DNA of 64,000 nucleotides from an uncultured Candidatus Bathyarchaeia archaeon (GCA_964399485.1 CAYNQS010000002.1:110796-174795), one strand, 5' to 3'; shown: positions 49,009 through 58,679, numbered from the stretch's first letter. Notes: generated from the sequence alone by a model not told the origin. Made by a program: numbers and translations.

Positions 49009-50877
49009 CTATTGTGCAGAGATTTTGTCTGCTGCCCATGCAATGTCCAGTTCCTCTAGTGTGCTCTGTTTTGGGATTCCCTGCTCGGTCCAGCCCATCA
49101 TGTCATAGTAGGTGAGTTTTGCTTGTTGTAGCTCTTTGAGGTTCACAGCAGTTTTGTTTAGGGCGCCTGATGTTTTGGGTTTGAAGAATCTGGGGGGAAG
49201 CCAATCGTCTTTCTCGGTGAAGCCCTCCCTGTTGTTGAAGATTCTTGTAAGCGTGTTTCCTCTTTCCACCACCTTCATCAACTCAAAGGCTGTGGTGTTC
49301 CATCCCGTCACCGAGCGAACAATATCAACTTTCTGTACGACGCTCCATGGCGTAAACAGGCACATAACCAGAAAGTTGTTGAGGGTACGCCACTGGCCAA
49401 CATACTTGTACAGCCGCACCTTTTTGGGTCCAAAATCTTCGATGGGCACAAGCTCCAAGACTCCGAGGCTGTTATACTTTTTTGGAAGCTGAGGATACAG
49501 GAACGTGTCGTGGATGTTGTGAACATGATCCGCCCCAGTCGGAGACACTGCATAGCCCAGAGCCTCGCCACGTTTCAGTCGGGGATCATGCATGGGAACC
49601 TCTTGTCCCTTAACGTGAACCGCAAATTCCTCTGCGCCGTTTCCGATGTGCTCAGCAGCACGTTTGGTGCCCTCAGCCAATAGTGCTCCTAAGCCACGTT
49701 TTTCGCCGATCATCTCAACCATTTTAACCATAGATTCTGCATTTCCGAAACTCAGGTCCAAGCCGCCAGTATCCTCTTTGGTGAGTAAGCCATGCTCAAA
49801 GCATTCCATGGCAAAACTGATCGTAACTCCTGTGCTTATGGTGTCTATAGAGTATCTTTGGCACAGTTCATTGGCTTTGCAGATTGCCTTGAGGTCGGAT
49901 ACTCCACAGTTTGAACCCAAAGAAGCTAAGGTCTCATACTCAGGTCCACCATACTCTGGGTCCACATTCCACGGTTCCGTTACTTTGACCTCTTTTTTGC
50001 AGGCAACAGCACAAGCGAAGCAGGTTCCCATCCCAACCCGCACATGCTCTTTGACAGCCTGAGCCGAAATATTATCTACTTCTGGGAAGTCGCCGTCTCT
50101 GAAGTTGCGGATAGGAAGGTTTCCAGTCTCCACCATGGCATCCATGCCATCCCCTGTTCCATAGGTATGCAAACCGTAAGCGAGATTGATCACGTTTTGT
50201 GCCATCCACCTAGCTAGTTTTCCTAGCCGCTTTGGTTTGCGAACTTGAACTCTATTGCTTCCTTTGACTGCCACGGCTTTCAGGTTTTTTGAACCCATAA
50301 CTGCTCCCATGCCACATCTACCAGCCGTATGATGCAGATCATTAACTACAGAAGCGTATCGTACCTGTTTTTCTCCTCCTGGACCAATCTGAGCCACTTT
50401 CACAGTTTTGTCTTCCAGTTCGTTTCGAATCGTTTCCTGAGACTTCCTGATCTCCAGCCCCCACAGCTGGGAAGCATCCCTAAGCTCCACCTTTTGGTCT
50501 TTAATCCACAAATAAGCGGGACTTGATGCCTTTCCCTCAAAGATGAGGGCATCGAAGCCTGCCCGTTTCAGTTCTGCTCCCCAGTAACCCCCAGCCTCTG
50601 CTTCTCCGTATGCGCCTGTGAGGGGCGATTTGGCACCTACACTGTTGCGTCCGCTGCCGCTGACGGGTGCGCCGGTCACGGGACCACAAGCAAAAATCAG
50701 CTTGTTTTCTGGACCAAGAGGGTCGATTTTCGGTTTCAGTTCTTTGAGTAGGTGATAGGAGATTAGTCCTCTGCCTCCGAAATAGCGACGATAAAAACAC
50801 TCTTCGAGATTCTCAGAAGAGATTTTCTCTTTGCTCAGGTTTACCCTTAAAATCTTGCCTGTAAAGCTTTTTTCCAT
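49009..50877 (-). CDS. aor: Tungsten-dependent aldehyde:ferredoxin oxidoreductase family enzyme
   Basis: KSPLTG, IGPGGE, GR.GMGAVMGSKNLKA, C..C...C, GPEYET, DTISTG, HDPR. Confidence 0.93.
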   Translation of the reverse strand: MEKSFTGKILRVNLSKEKISSENLEECFYRRYFGGRGLISYHLLKELKPKIDPLGPENKLIFACGPVTGAPVSGSGRNSVGAKSPLTGAYGEAEAGGYWGAELKRAGFDALIFEGKASSPAYLWIKDQKVELRDASQLWGLEIRKSQETIRNELEDKTVKVAQIGPGGEKQVRYASVVNDLHHTAGRCGMGAVMGSKNLKAVAVKGSNRVQVRKPKRLGKLARWMAQNVINLAYGLHTYGTGDGMDAMVETGNLPIRNFRDGDFPEVDNISAQAVKEHVRVGMGTCFACAVACKKEVKVTEPWNVDPEYGGPEYETLASLGSNCGVSDLKAICKANELCQRYSIDTISTGVTISFAMECFEHGLLTKEDTGGLDLSFGNAESMVKMVEMIGEKRGLGALLAEGTKRAAEHIGNGAEEFAVHVKGQEVPMHDPRLKRGEALGYAVSPTGADHVHNIHDTFLYPQLPKKYNSLGVLELVPIEDFGPKKVRLYKYVGQWRTLNNFLVMCLFTPWSVVQKVDIVRSVTGWNTTAFELMKVVERGNTLTRIFNNREGFTEKDDWLPPRFFKPKTSGALNKTAVNLKELQQAKLTYYDMMGWTEQGIPKQSTLEELDIAWAADKISAQ

Positions 50878-51103
50878 TGAACACTCGCCCTCAGTTTTTT
50901 CGGGTTCTTACATTACATATTAACTTAAATTTCAATCAAAAGTCTTGTTGTTACTACTCGGCGTGTATTTCAATTTGACAGTATGCATTCGTCTTCGATG
51001 CACCTATAAAACTAGTTAAATCTTGCCAAAAAAGTTGGATAACAAAATTGTGTGTACACAAATATTTTATAAATCAATCAATCAATTCTCAATACGGTAG
51101 AAA

Positions 51104-51841
51104 ATGATGACTGAAGAGAAGAGGGAAGCAGTTGAGGAGTCTCTCCACCATCGAGCTGAAAGGCATGCAATATACATCATAATTGACGCTGTTTTCGGTC
51201 TGTCGTTGGGGCTTGGCGCCTTTTCTTTGACAGAATTGCCCATTACAGGACCACAAGATCTGTTTGTGGCAATAGGATTCTTCGGGTTCTCATACTTCAT
51301 AATCTTCATGTCTTGGATGAACATACGCGTGTACTTCGAAGACTACAAAATTTACGGAGGCATAAACACAATTCTATTCTTCACAGGATTCTTCATCGCC
51401 ATCATGCCCATACCGATACGCATAATTCTGATGCAAACCATAGAGCCAACTTCACCTGCCGTTCTTGAAGCTGCTTTTGTGCTTTATCCAATCTGCTTGG
51501 CTGCTGTAACCATGACTATGGGCACATTGAGTTTTACATTTTCAAGGCAGAGCTGGAAAACTGTTCCGTGGAAGGATTTCGTACACCTTCTCACAGAAGG
51601 AGTTGGTGCCTTTGTGATGGGTATCATATTTCTAGTCTCAGCATTTATCCCCTACGAGAACTTGATTAAAGATGTGTTAGATCCAAGCATCATCCAGGTA
51701 CTGCCGTCTCCAATACCGGACATGTCCTTCAAAGTTGGTTTCTGGTTCCTCGGCGGCATCATCATAGCTTTGCCAGCACTCATAATATCCAAAATCGTCA
51801 TAGAGCACAAAAGGCTGAGCATGCAAGCAAAGTCGAGTTGA
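51104..51841 (+). CDS. Multi-pass membrane protein, TMEM175-like
   Basis: D.VFGL.L..GA first helix, F.FSY.II...W, N...F.....P pattern. Confidence 0.55.
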   Translation: MMTEEKREAVEESLHHRAERHAIYIIIDAVFGLSLGLGAFSLTELPITGPQDLFVAIGFFGFSYFIIFMSWMNIRVYFEDYKIYGGINTILFFTGFFIAIMPIPIRIILMQTIEPTSPAVLEAAFVLYPICLAAVTMTMGTLSFTFSRQSWKTVPWKDFVHLLTEGVGAFVMGIIFLVSAFIPYENLIKDVLDPSIIQVLPSPIPDMSFKVGFWFLGGIIIALPALIISKIVIEHKRLSMQAKSS

Positions 51842-51978
51842 ACAAAACCTGCTCAACTTCATTCTTTAATGAATAACCTACTCAGTAAGGTATAGGCAGA
51901 TTTTCTTGACTTGCCGATTTCTGCGGACTATTTGTTGACGGTTGACTTTCCGAAAAAAGTTAAAGCAACATTGGTAAC

Positions 51979-52614
51979 GTGAAATATATGCAGCATATTT
52001 TGGAGACTGGGGGGAATTGGCTTCTAGAGCAGATGGAGCAGTTTGCGCTTCAGTTTGGTTACCTTGGCGTCTTCATCATAAGCTTCATCGGCTCCGTATC
52101 AGTTATCTTCCCCATACCCTACACAATCGTAATCTATCTGTTAGGAGCTATTCTGGACCCCTTTTTTGTCGCAATCAGCGGCGGCTTAGGCTCTGCCCTC
52201 GGCGAATTCTCCGGATACGCACTCGGCTACTATGGAAGAACAGTGGTAAGCGAGGAAAGACGCAGAAAGATGGATTACATGGTGAAAGTCTTTGACCGTT
52301 ACGGACCAGTTACAATCTTTCTCTTTGCCCTGACGCCTCTACCTGATGACCTGCTGTTCATTCCGTTAGGCGTCATGCGGTATTCCTTTTTGAAAGCCTT
52401 CATACCAGCACTTTTCGGCAAGATAATGATGACCTTTATTCTGGCGTACAGTGGTCAGCAATCCATTACCATAATTAAAACCCTCTTTGCGGGGTCAGGA
52501 TTGTTGGGAACGGTTGTCACTTCAGCTCTCTTAATTATTATAATTGTGGCAATGATCAAGATTGATTGGGAGAAAATCTTTGAGAAGCATGTGGGCGCCG
52601 AAAAAGGTGACTGA
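51979..52614 (+). CDS. DedA/VTT (YqaA-like) membrane protein
   Basis: GY.G.F, G.ALGE..GY.LG, FALTPLPDD...IPLG...GK. Confidence 0.88.
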   Translation: MKYMQHILETGGNWLLEQMEQFALQFGYLGVFIISFIGSVSVIFPIPYTIVIYLLGAILDPFFVAISGGLGSALGEFSGYALGYYGRTVVSEERRRKMDYMVKVFDRYGPVTIFLFALTPLPDDLLFIPLGVMRYSFLKAFIPALFGKIMMTFILAYSGQQSITIIKTLFAGSGLLGTVVTSALLIIIIVAMIKIDWEKIFEKHVGAEKGD

Positions 52615-52802
52615 ACAGAAAATTTTTCTATGAAACGGGAGAAAATTGTTGAACAGCGGAGCGGCGTATTACATAAAGTTGAATTCTTGATGTGTAACAA
52701 AAATTTACCTTACGGTCGAAGTAACGTCCATTTAAGCCAACAGGAGCATAAAAGCTTTAAATATACGCGTGCTGCCAGCATTCTTCTTGGTTGGTGCCCG
52801 CT

Positions 52803-52991
52803 ATGGTTAACAAAGCAAAAGGACGACTATTCAAAAGAAAAGACGACAAATATCTAATCTATGTTCCTGTGGACTTGGCTGAAGACAGCATGTTTCCATT
52901 CCAAACAAATTCTGCAGTTCCGGTGAAAATCAGCTTCTCTGTAGGAGACGACAAACTCAAGATAGAGAAGTGGAACGAAGAGGACAAGTGA
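52803..52991 (+). CDS. Small AbrB-like swapped-hairpin protein
   Basis: KYLIYVP.DLA.DS.FPF....V.I......L.I pattern. Confidence 0.6.
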   Translation: MVNKAKGRLFKRKDDKYLIYVPVDLAEDSMFPFQTNSAVPVKISFSVGDDKLKIEKWNEEDK

Positions 52992-53240
52992 CCCACAGGT
53001 AAGCAGTAAACAAATCAGTCTTTTTTAGATGTCACACGTCCAATCAGTCTTAACAAAACAATTTACGGCAATATTTTCTAACCACAGGATAAAACTTATA
53101 GCCGGATATAAATAGGGGCAACACATACAATATATACTGATGGAATTTCAGCAAAGATAAATGACAAGAACATTCCACAACATTTGCCATTTGTCTTTAT
53201 TGCACTGAAGAACATCGAATAGAAACAAGAAGGTTTATGG

Positions 53241-53447
53241 TTGTCCCTCTCCGGGTTTCAATTCAAGATGCACTACAAAATTCTCAATAAGCTTAGAAAA
53301 GCAGGAGCCATTTCAAAAGACAGCGCTGTGACAACTAGGGAAGCAGAATTAGACCGTCAAGAGCAATTGTGGTTAGACTATTTTGCCGGAGCATTTCTCG
53401 GCAGAATAAAGAAGACCCAAGATCACCGATATTACGTTAAGTGGTGA
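53241..53447 (+). CDS. Hypothetical small protein
   Basis: 68-aa ORF filling an intergenic gap; no recognised motif. Confidence 0.5.
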   Translation: MSLSGFQFKMHYKILNKLRKAGAISKDSAVTTREAELDRQEQLWLDYFAGAFLGRIKKTQDHRYYVKW

Positions 53448-53512
53448 ACTAAGGGTTAAGGCTTCAGCAGTAGATGCTTTTCGAAAAAGCGGAACAGTAT
53501 CTGAAGTGCTGC

Positions 53513-53860
53513 TTAGAAGGGAGTTCGCTGGTTTTGGTATGGCAACTCGATTCCGGGCACGTTTGGCTCTTCAAATACGTGGAGAGCATTGTTTATTTCT
53601 TTGACGTTTCGGAGTGCAGTTAGACCTAGCTCTGTAATGGCATAGACTTTTCGTTTTTTCCTTCTTTTGTTAATCGTTTGTTCTTTAACCAAGTTGCGCT
53701 CCAGTAGAAAGTTTATGCATTCTTTTAATGCACTACAGTTTACGTTAGCTTTATACGTGATATGGGTTGGCTTTAATCTTCCATGGTAAGCCAGAGCCCG
53801 AAGAATGTCGATGTGAATTTCCAATTTTGAACGTCTCATGGGCCTTAAACCAATCTCCAT
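53513..53860 (-). CDS. Archaeal winged-helix transcriptional regulator
   Basis: RRSKLEI..DIL, K.THI.YKANVN, Y.ITE.G; start at 53860 or 53839. Confidence 0.85.
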   Translation of the reverse strand: MEIGLRPMRRSKLEIHIDILRALAYHGRLKPTHITYKANVNCSALKECINFLLERNLVKEQTINKRRKKRKVYAITELGLTALRNVKEINNALHVFEEPNVPGIELPYQNQRTPF

Positions 53861-54174
53861 TATACGCAAGAATAGTTTATATTCTTTGAGGAGCCCTAAT
53901 AAGAATCTAACAACGATTTTATCAATTAGCATTAAATCATAATACAGTTTCTATTGATTAAAGATAAATAGTATTCATACGAATCCACATCTCCTGAACA
54001 TTCGTTATTGTAGAACAGATACAGCACACGTAAGCATCAGAGCCACATAAGACGCGTCCAAGTCAATAGAAGCTACCAAAAAATTTGCGGAAACCAAAAG
54101 CTGCGACACAGACTGCCGCCTATCCAGAAAAACTTAATTCACGGTTATCCATCAAGATAGCAAAGGAAAACAGA

Positions 54175-54280
54175 GCCGGGGTAGCCTAGCCTGGTTATGG
54201 CGCCAGACTCATGATCTGGAGAGCAAATCTCCTAAACAGGTGCCCAGAAGTCGCGGGCTCGACTCCCGCCCCCGGCACCA
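54175..54280 (+). tRNA. tRNA-Met(CAU), elongator type, with a 28-nt intron (54222-54249) in the variable loop; CCA encoded
   Basis: GCCGGGG/CCCCGGC acceptor, CCAGA-CTCATGA-TCTGG, GCGGG/CCCGC T-stem; removing the intron restores the AGGTC variable loop. Confidence 0.88.
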
Positions 54281-54382
54281 CCCAAACCAACAATCAATAA
54301 CAAGAATATTTGTAATCTGATGAGGTTTTATATTGTTAAAAAGCAGCCTTTCTTCTGGAAAAATCAAGCAGCAGCTTAACTT

Positions 54383-54982
54383 TCAAGCTTTATTGGCGAT
54401 GCATAGGTAGCATCCAGGTTCGTCTTTGATGCTGATTTCCGTGAATCCGGTCTGCCCCAGCAACTTTTTCATCTCAGCTTCTTCAGGCAGAACATCGTGC
54501 ATTACAGTCGATGAAGTATTGTTGTGGTGAGTTTTTAGTTCTTCGCTGCTGAGGGCGTGGGCGATGACGAGTTTGCCATCAGGTTTTAGTATACGATTGA
54601 TGTTCCGCAGGGCTTTTTCTTTGTTCTCCAGATGAGGAAACACGCCAAAACAGATAACGGCGTCAAAAGATTCTGTGGGGAAAGTATCCTCTTCGATGTT
54701 CCCAAGTTTTATGCTGACGTTCCTGAGGTGCGAATGCTTTGTTCTGCATAACTGAATCATCTTTTCCGAGTAGTCAATTGCAGTAACTGACCCGGCTGGT
54801 CCAACCACTCTGATTAGATAAGGAATCAACACGCCAGTGCCAGTGCCCACATCCAGAATCTTCTGCCCCTGTTCTAGACCGAACTGGGGAACAAGTTTCT
54901 CCAAAAAAGATGAAAGTTTGGACGTGTGAAACATCTTGTCCCAACTGTCTGCTGCTTTGTTGAAGTATGTTTTCCTACTCAT
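54383..54982 (-). CDS. Class I SAM-dependent methyltransferase
   Basis: ILDVGTGTG, ID.S..M, FD.V.C..VFPH, LKPDG; His-rich C-terminal loop. Confidence 0.9.
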   Translation of the reverse strand: MSRKTYFNKAADSWDKMFHTSKLSSFLEKLVPQFGLEQGQKILDVGTGTGVLIPYLIRVVGPAGSVTAIDYSEKMIQLCRTKHSHLRNVSIKLGNIEEDTFPTESFDAVICFGVFPHLENKEKALRNINRILKPDGKLVIAHALSSEELKTHHNNTSSTVMHDVLPEEAEMKKLLGQTGFTEISIKDEPGCYLCIANKA

Positions 54983-54996
54983 TTTGGCAATCTCTA

Positions 54997-55965
54997 TTAT
55001 TTTTTTCTTCTAACGTAGAGCAGCACTGCCTCCACCGCAACAACCACAACCGCTACCGAGGTGGTTATCTGGAACATGGTCACTTGATTCTTCAAATCTT
55101 CTCTTTCAGCCCTGAAAGTGGATGTAGACCGCCAAGTGACTGTGCTGTTGAAAAGCTGCTCTGCGTCGTAACGTAGCATTTTAGGCAAGGTTTCGGTGTT
55201 TGGAATAGCGCCGGGAAAGTTTGTTAACACTACATGCTCAGCACCCACTTCAGAAGCAATTTCCGCTCCAAACTCAACATCGATTTGAAGGTTGTCCACT
55301 ATCAAAGCCACACCTTCGGTCTGCGCAGTAGTTAATAGGTCGGTTATGTCGCCAGTTGACAGCGTTTCCGGTGGATTATAGGTTGCCACAACATTGAAGC
55401 CAGCAGATTCTATGAAGGTTTTCAGCCAGCTCATGCAGATAACCTTCACATTTGACGCCTCCAAGGTTTCAGCCTGACTTGCCATCCAACTGGAAACATC
55501 GTCCACATCAGTCAGCATCTCCGAAATCTTCGAATCCAAGTCAATGCCCAAGATTTGGCTCAGGTTTCCTCCCACCCAGTTTATGTAGTTCTTCGCTCCC
55601 GCAGGCGTGTTGTATGCTCCGGGAATAGGAACCTGTGTTAGCTCCGGATTTCCTGCAGCTTCAACTAATCCTTCCAGCCAGAATTCTCCCTGAATGTTTT
55701 GTTTAAACAGTATCTCAGCGTTGCTCACTGCATAGACATGGCTGGGTTTCATGTCGAAATCGGCGGGACACAAACCGGGCTGAACTAGCACCACAACATC
55801 AGCTGTGTCCCCTAAAAACGATTCAACTACGCTGCCGACAGCGCTTGTTGTGCATACGATTATGGGTTTTTCTGTGGTATCCTGGGCTTCTGTTACCGTT
55901 ACGGATAGAAGCATCAGAGTAAGCATCAGGGTTATGCCTAAAGTTAACAGTTTATTGTTTTTCAT
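54997..55965 (-). CDS. Metal ABC transporter solute-binding protein (ZnuA/TroA fold), C-terminal TM anchor
   Basis: Signal peptide, IVCTT...V....G..V..LV.PG..P..FD.KPS; operon context. Confidence 0.8.
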   Translation of the reverse strand: MKNNKLLTLGITLMLTLMLLSVTVTEAQDTTEKPIIVCTTSAVGSVVESFLGDTADVVVLVQPGLCPADFDMKPSHVYAVSNAEILFKQNIQGEFWLEGLVEAAGNPELTQVPIPGAYNTPAGAKNYINWVGGNLSQILGIDLDSKISEMLTDVDDVSSWMASQAETLEASNVKVICMSWLKTFIESAGFNVVATYNPPETLSTGDITDLLTTAQTEGVALIVDNLQIDVEFGAEIASEVGAEHVVLTNFPGAIPNTETLPKMLRYDAEQLFNSTVTWRSTSTFRAEREDLKNQVTMFQITTSVAVVVVAVEAVLLYVRRKK

Positions 55966-55969
55966 TTCT

Positions 55970-56791
55970 TCATTGCACCTCCTTTCTCCTTCTTTTCGGC
56001 GATAGGAGAAGTGCGATGGCGAAAACGATGGTTGAGACTATAACTATGCAGGAGCCAACAGGCAAATCAAAAAACAAAGAAGTTATAAGTCCAGAAACAG
56101 TTGAGGCCATCCCGATTATTGGGGAAGCGATTATTATTTTTCGCATGTTCTCAGAAAACTGGAGGGCAGTAGAGGCAGGATTGAAGAGAAGGGCGTAAAT
56201 GAGTAGCCCTCCCACAAGTTTTAAGGAAAAAGTTACGACAACTCCCGCCAAAAAGATGATTAGGTAGATGAAGGGTTTGGTATTGATTCCATCCGCTTCA
56301 GCCAATTTCCTGTTAAACATTATGGCAAAAAGCTCCTTCCAGATGAAATACACTATGGCTAACGTCGCTGCAAACAAGGTGGTAAGGTACACCAAGTCAC
56401 TGTTGGTCATGGAGATTATGCTACCCCAAAGCACATTGGCTACTTGGCTGGTGAGCCCTATCTCCGGCGTCAAGGTCAGAAACACGAAAGCCAAGGCCAT
56501 GTTGAGAGGAAAAACTATGCTAGTTATGGTGCTCGCGTGCAATCTTGCCTTATCTGCGATGGGACCTATCACAAAAGCAGTAGCTGAGGCAAAAAGTAGA
56601 CCAGTTACAAGCGGGTTCGTTGCTGTGGCTATCCCCAATGCTGCGCCTGCAAATGCGCCGTGGGACATGGAGTAGCCGATGGCTGAGAGTCGCATCCTCA
56701 CCACGAAAACGCCTATCAACCCCATCAGGAAACCGGCTAGGAGACAAGCCAGCAGGGCTTTCAGCATTATGGCGAACTCGAGCCAAATCAA
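55970..56791 (-). CDS. Metal ABC transporter permease (ZnuB-like)
   Basis: G.FVV..R......SH.A.AG, L.GSI, F....A.A.G, K.VG.LL. Confidence 0.9.
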   Translation of the reverse strand: MIWLEFAIMLKALLACLLAGFLMGLIGVFVVRMRLSAIGYSMSHGAFAGAALGIATATNPLVTGLLFASATAFVIGPIADKARLHASTITSIVFPLNMALAFVFLTLTPEIGLTSQVANVLWGSIISMTNSDLVYLTTLFAATLAIVYFIWKELFAIMFNRKLAEADGINTKPFIYLIIFLAGVVVTFSLKLVGGLLIYALLFNPASTALQFSENMRKIIIASPIIGMASTVSGLITSLFFDLPVGSCIVIVSTIVFAIALLLSPKRRRKEVQ

Positions 56792-57543
56792 TGGTGGGTT
56801 GCCTCCAATGAGGTTGTGTGGGGATGATTTTCTACGAGCGGTAAAGCGTTTTCCGGGGTTCCATCAAACATGATTCTGCCGTTGGTTACCACTATGACCC
56901 TGTTGCAGCTGTCCAGCATGTGATGGATGTCGTGTGTTACAATAAGGGTGGTCAGATCTTTTTCTCTGTGAAGTTTGGTGATAAGGGCGGGGATTTGTCC
57001 GCGTGAATCTGGGTCCAAGTTGCTGAAGGGCTCATCTAAAAGAAGGATTTTCGGGTTTTTTGCTAGTGCCCGGGCTAGCATCACTTTCTGTTGCTGTCCG
57101 CCAGAAAGTTTGCCCATGGGTCTGTCTGCAAGCTCTTCTATTCCGATCAGTTTCATGGCTTCCAGGGCATTCTTCTTGTCCTTTTCTTCAGGGTGATGGA
57201 GAAATCCTATCTGCCCATAAAGCCCCATTAACACCACATCCAGAGCAGTGTAGGGTTCTCCAGGTTTCACCATGAAGTCTTGAGGGACATACCCGATTTT
57301 GCATCTTATTTTTCGTCCATTGGATTGGACATCTAATCCGAAAACAGAAACTTTCCCCCTGAAGGATGGAAGCAGCCCGTTTATGGTTTCGAGGAGAGTT
57401 GTTTTTCCAGAGGCGTTTGGACCTACGATGTAAACCAGCTCGTTTCTTTTCAGAGTCAGATTTATGTCTTTGATGGCGGGTCTACTTTCGCCTTCGTAGA
57501 CTGTGGAAACGTCCTCCAGCTTTATGATTGCATCCTCACGCAT
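56788..57543 (-). CDS. Metal ABC transporter ATPase (ZnuC-like)
   Basis: GPNASGKTT, GYVPQ, LSGGQQQ, LLLDEP, VTHD. Confidence 0.92.
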   Translation of the reverse strand: MREDAIIKLEDVSTVYEGESRPAIKDINLTLKRNELVYIVGPNASGKTTLLETINGLLPSFRGKVSVFGLDVQSNGRKIRCKIGYVPQDFMVKPGEPYTALDVVLMGLYGQIGFLHHPEEKDKKNALEAMKLIGIEELADRPMGKLSGGQQQKVMLARALAKNPKILLLDEPFSNLDPDSRGQIPALITKLHREKDLTTLIVTHDIHHMLDSCNRVIVVTNGRIMFDGTPENALPLVENHPHTTSLEATHH

Positions 57544-57590
57544 TATCCCATTGTCTCTCCTGCATTGTTATCGGTTCAAACGACCCGCCA

Positions 57591-57618
57591 GTATTACCTT
57601 TTGAGTATTTCGTAATAC
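57591..57618. promoter_or_regulatory. NikR-type operator candidate
   Basis: GTATTAC-N14-GTAATAC just downstream of a minus-strand TTTAATAA box, upstream of the metal ABC operon. Confidence 0.6.
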
Positions 57619-57844
57619 CAGAAGCCATTATTAAACCTTTATCCGCCCACAATGTTACAAGAGGCGCACTATGAATAAAAAGCCTCTTTGTTTCGGCACC
57701 AACCTAAATTCTTGAAGAGTTCGTAATCGCCAATACGGGCTATGAACAAACAAAAACACGCTAATTCAATGTTTAAACTTCAGGAGTTAGAGCTAAACAT
57801 TTAAACCATCCCGTCTAACCAGTTTTTCAGAAACATTCAGGAAG

Positions 57845-58645
57845 CTGAAGGCAACGGCGAAGTGTCAATACTGCGGCAATGAGGTTGTTCTCCCCTTTAA
57901 ATGTGCCTATTGTGGAGGCTTCTTCTGCGCTGAGCATCGTCTCCCAGAGAGTCACGCATGTCCAGAAGCGTGGAGGGCAAGGGCTCCAAGAGAAACACCG
58001 CCGATAACCCAAAGATGGACTGAAAAGCCTTCATATAGATATACAGTATCATATACGCCTAAAACCTCTAGCATGTTCGGATTCAGCCAAACAGAACTTA
58101 AACACCTGACCATCGGAGCGCTTCTGGTCATGGGCGTCGGCTTCACCTACTTCATCACCAGCGAAAAAGACCTGCTGAGTCTAGCAACTCTGTCAATCGC
58201 ATTCATGCTATCGTTTCTTCTTCACGAGCTCGCCCACAAATTCTCAGCACAGCACTTCAATTTATGGGCAGAATTTCGGCTAACCATGCAGGGAGCCTTA
58301 ATAACGTTGATTTCAATGTTTATTCCTTTCAAAATTATTGCTCCGGGGGCAGTGATGATTGCGGGCTCAGGAACAAGGGAAACGGTGGGAAAAACATCTC
58401 TTGCCGGACCTGTAACCAACATCATCCTTTCAATTTTATGCATCATGATTGCGGCTGTTGGTCCCAGTCTCTTTCTAATTGTTGCCTTTATCAACGCATT
58501 TCTAGCAGTTTTCAATCTCATTCCCTTCGGCATAATGGATGGATTAAAGGTTTTCAGGTGGAACAAGACATTCTGGGCAACAGCATTCACTGCAGCAGCC
58601 GCATTAACAGTTTACACGTATGCCTCCTTGATGGGTTTCTTCTAG
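57845..58645 (+). CDS. AN1-type zinc finger fused to site-2 (M50) intramembrane metalloprotease; non-canonical start
   Basis: In-frame CQYC...PFKCAYC...FC..HRLPE.H.C upstream of the ATG-58073 ORF with HELAH, AGP..N, FNLIP....DG. Confidence 0.88.
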   Translation: MKATAKCQYCGNEVVLPFKCAYCGGFFCAEHRLPESHACPEAWRARAPRETPPITQRWTEKPSYRYTVSYTPKTSSMFGFSQTELKHLTIGALLVMGVGFTYFITSEKDLLSLATLSIAFMLSFLLHELAHKFSAQHFNLWAEFRLTMQGALITLISMFIPFKIIAPGAVMIAGSGTRETVGKTSLAGPVTNIILSILCIMIAAVGPSLFLIVAFINAFLAVFNLIPFGIMDGLKVFRWNKTFWATAFTAAAALTVYTYASLMGFF

Positions 58646-58679
58646 AAACAGAACAGCCAGCCACAAAAAGAAATGTGGC

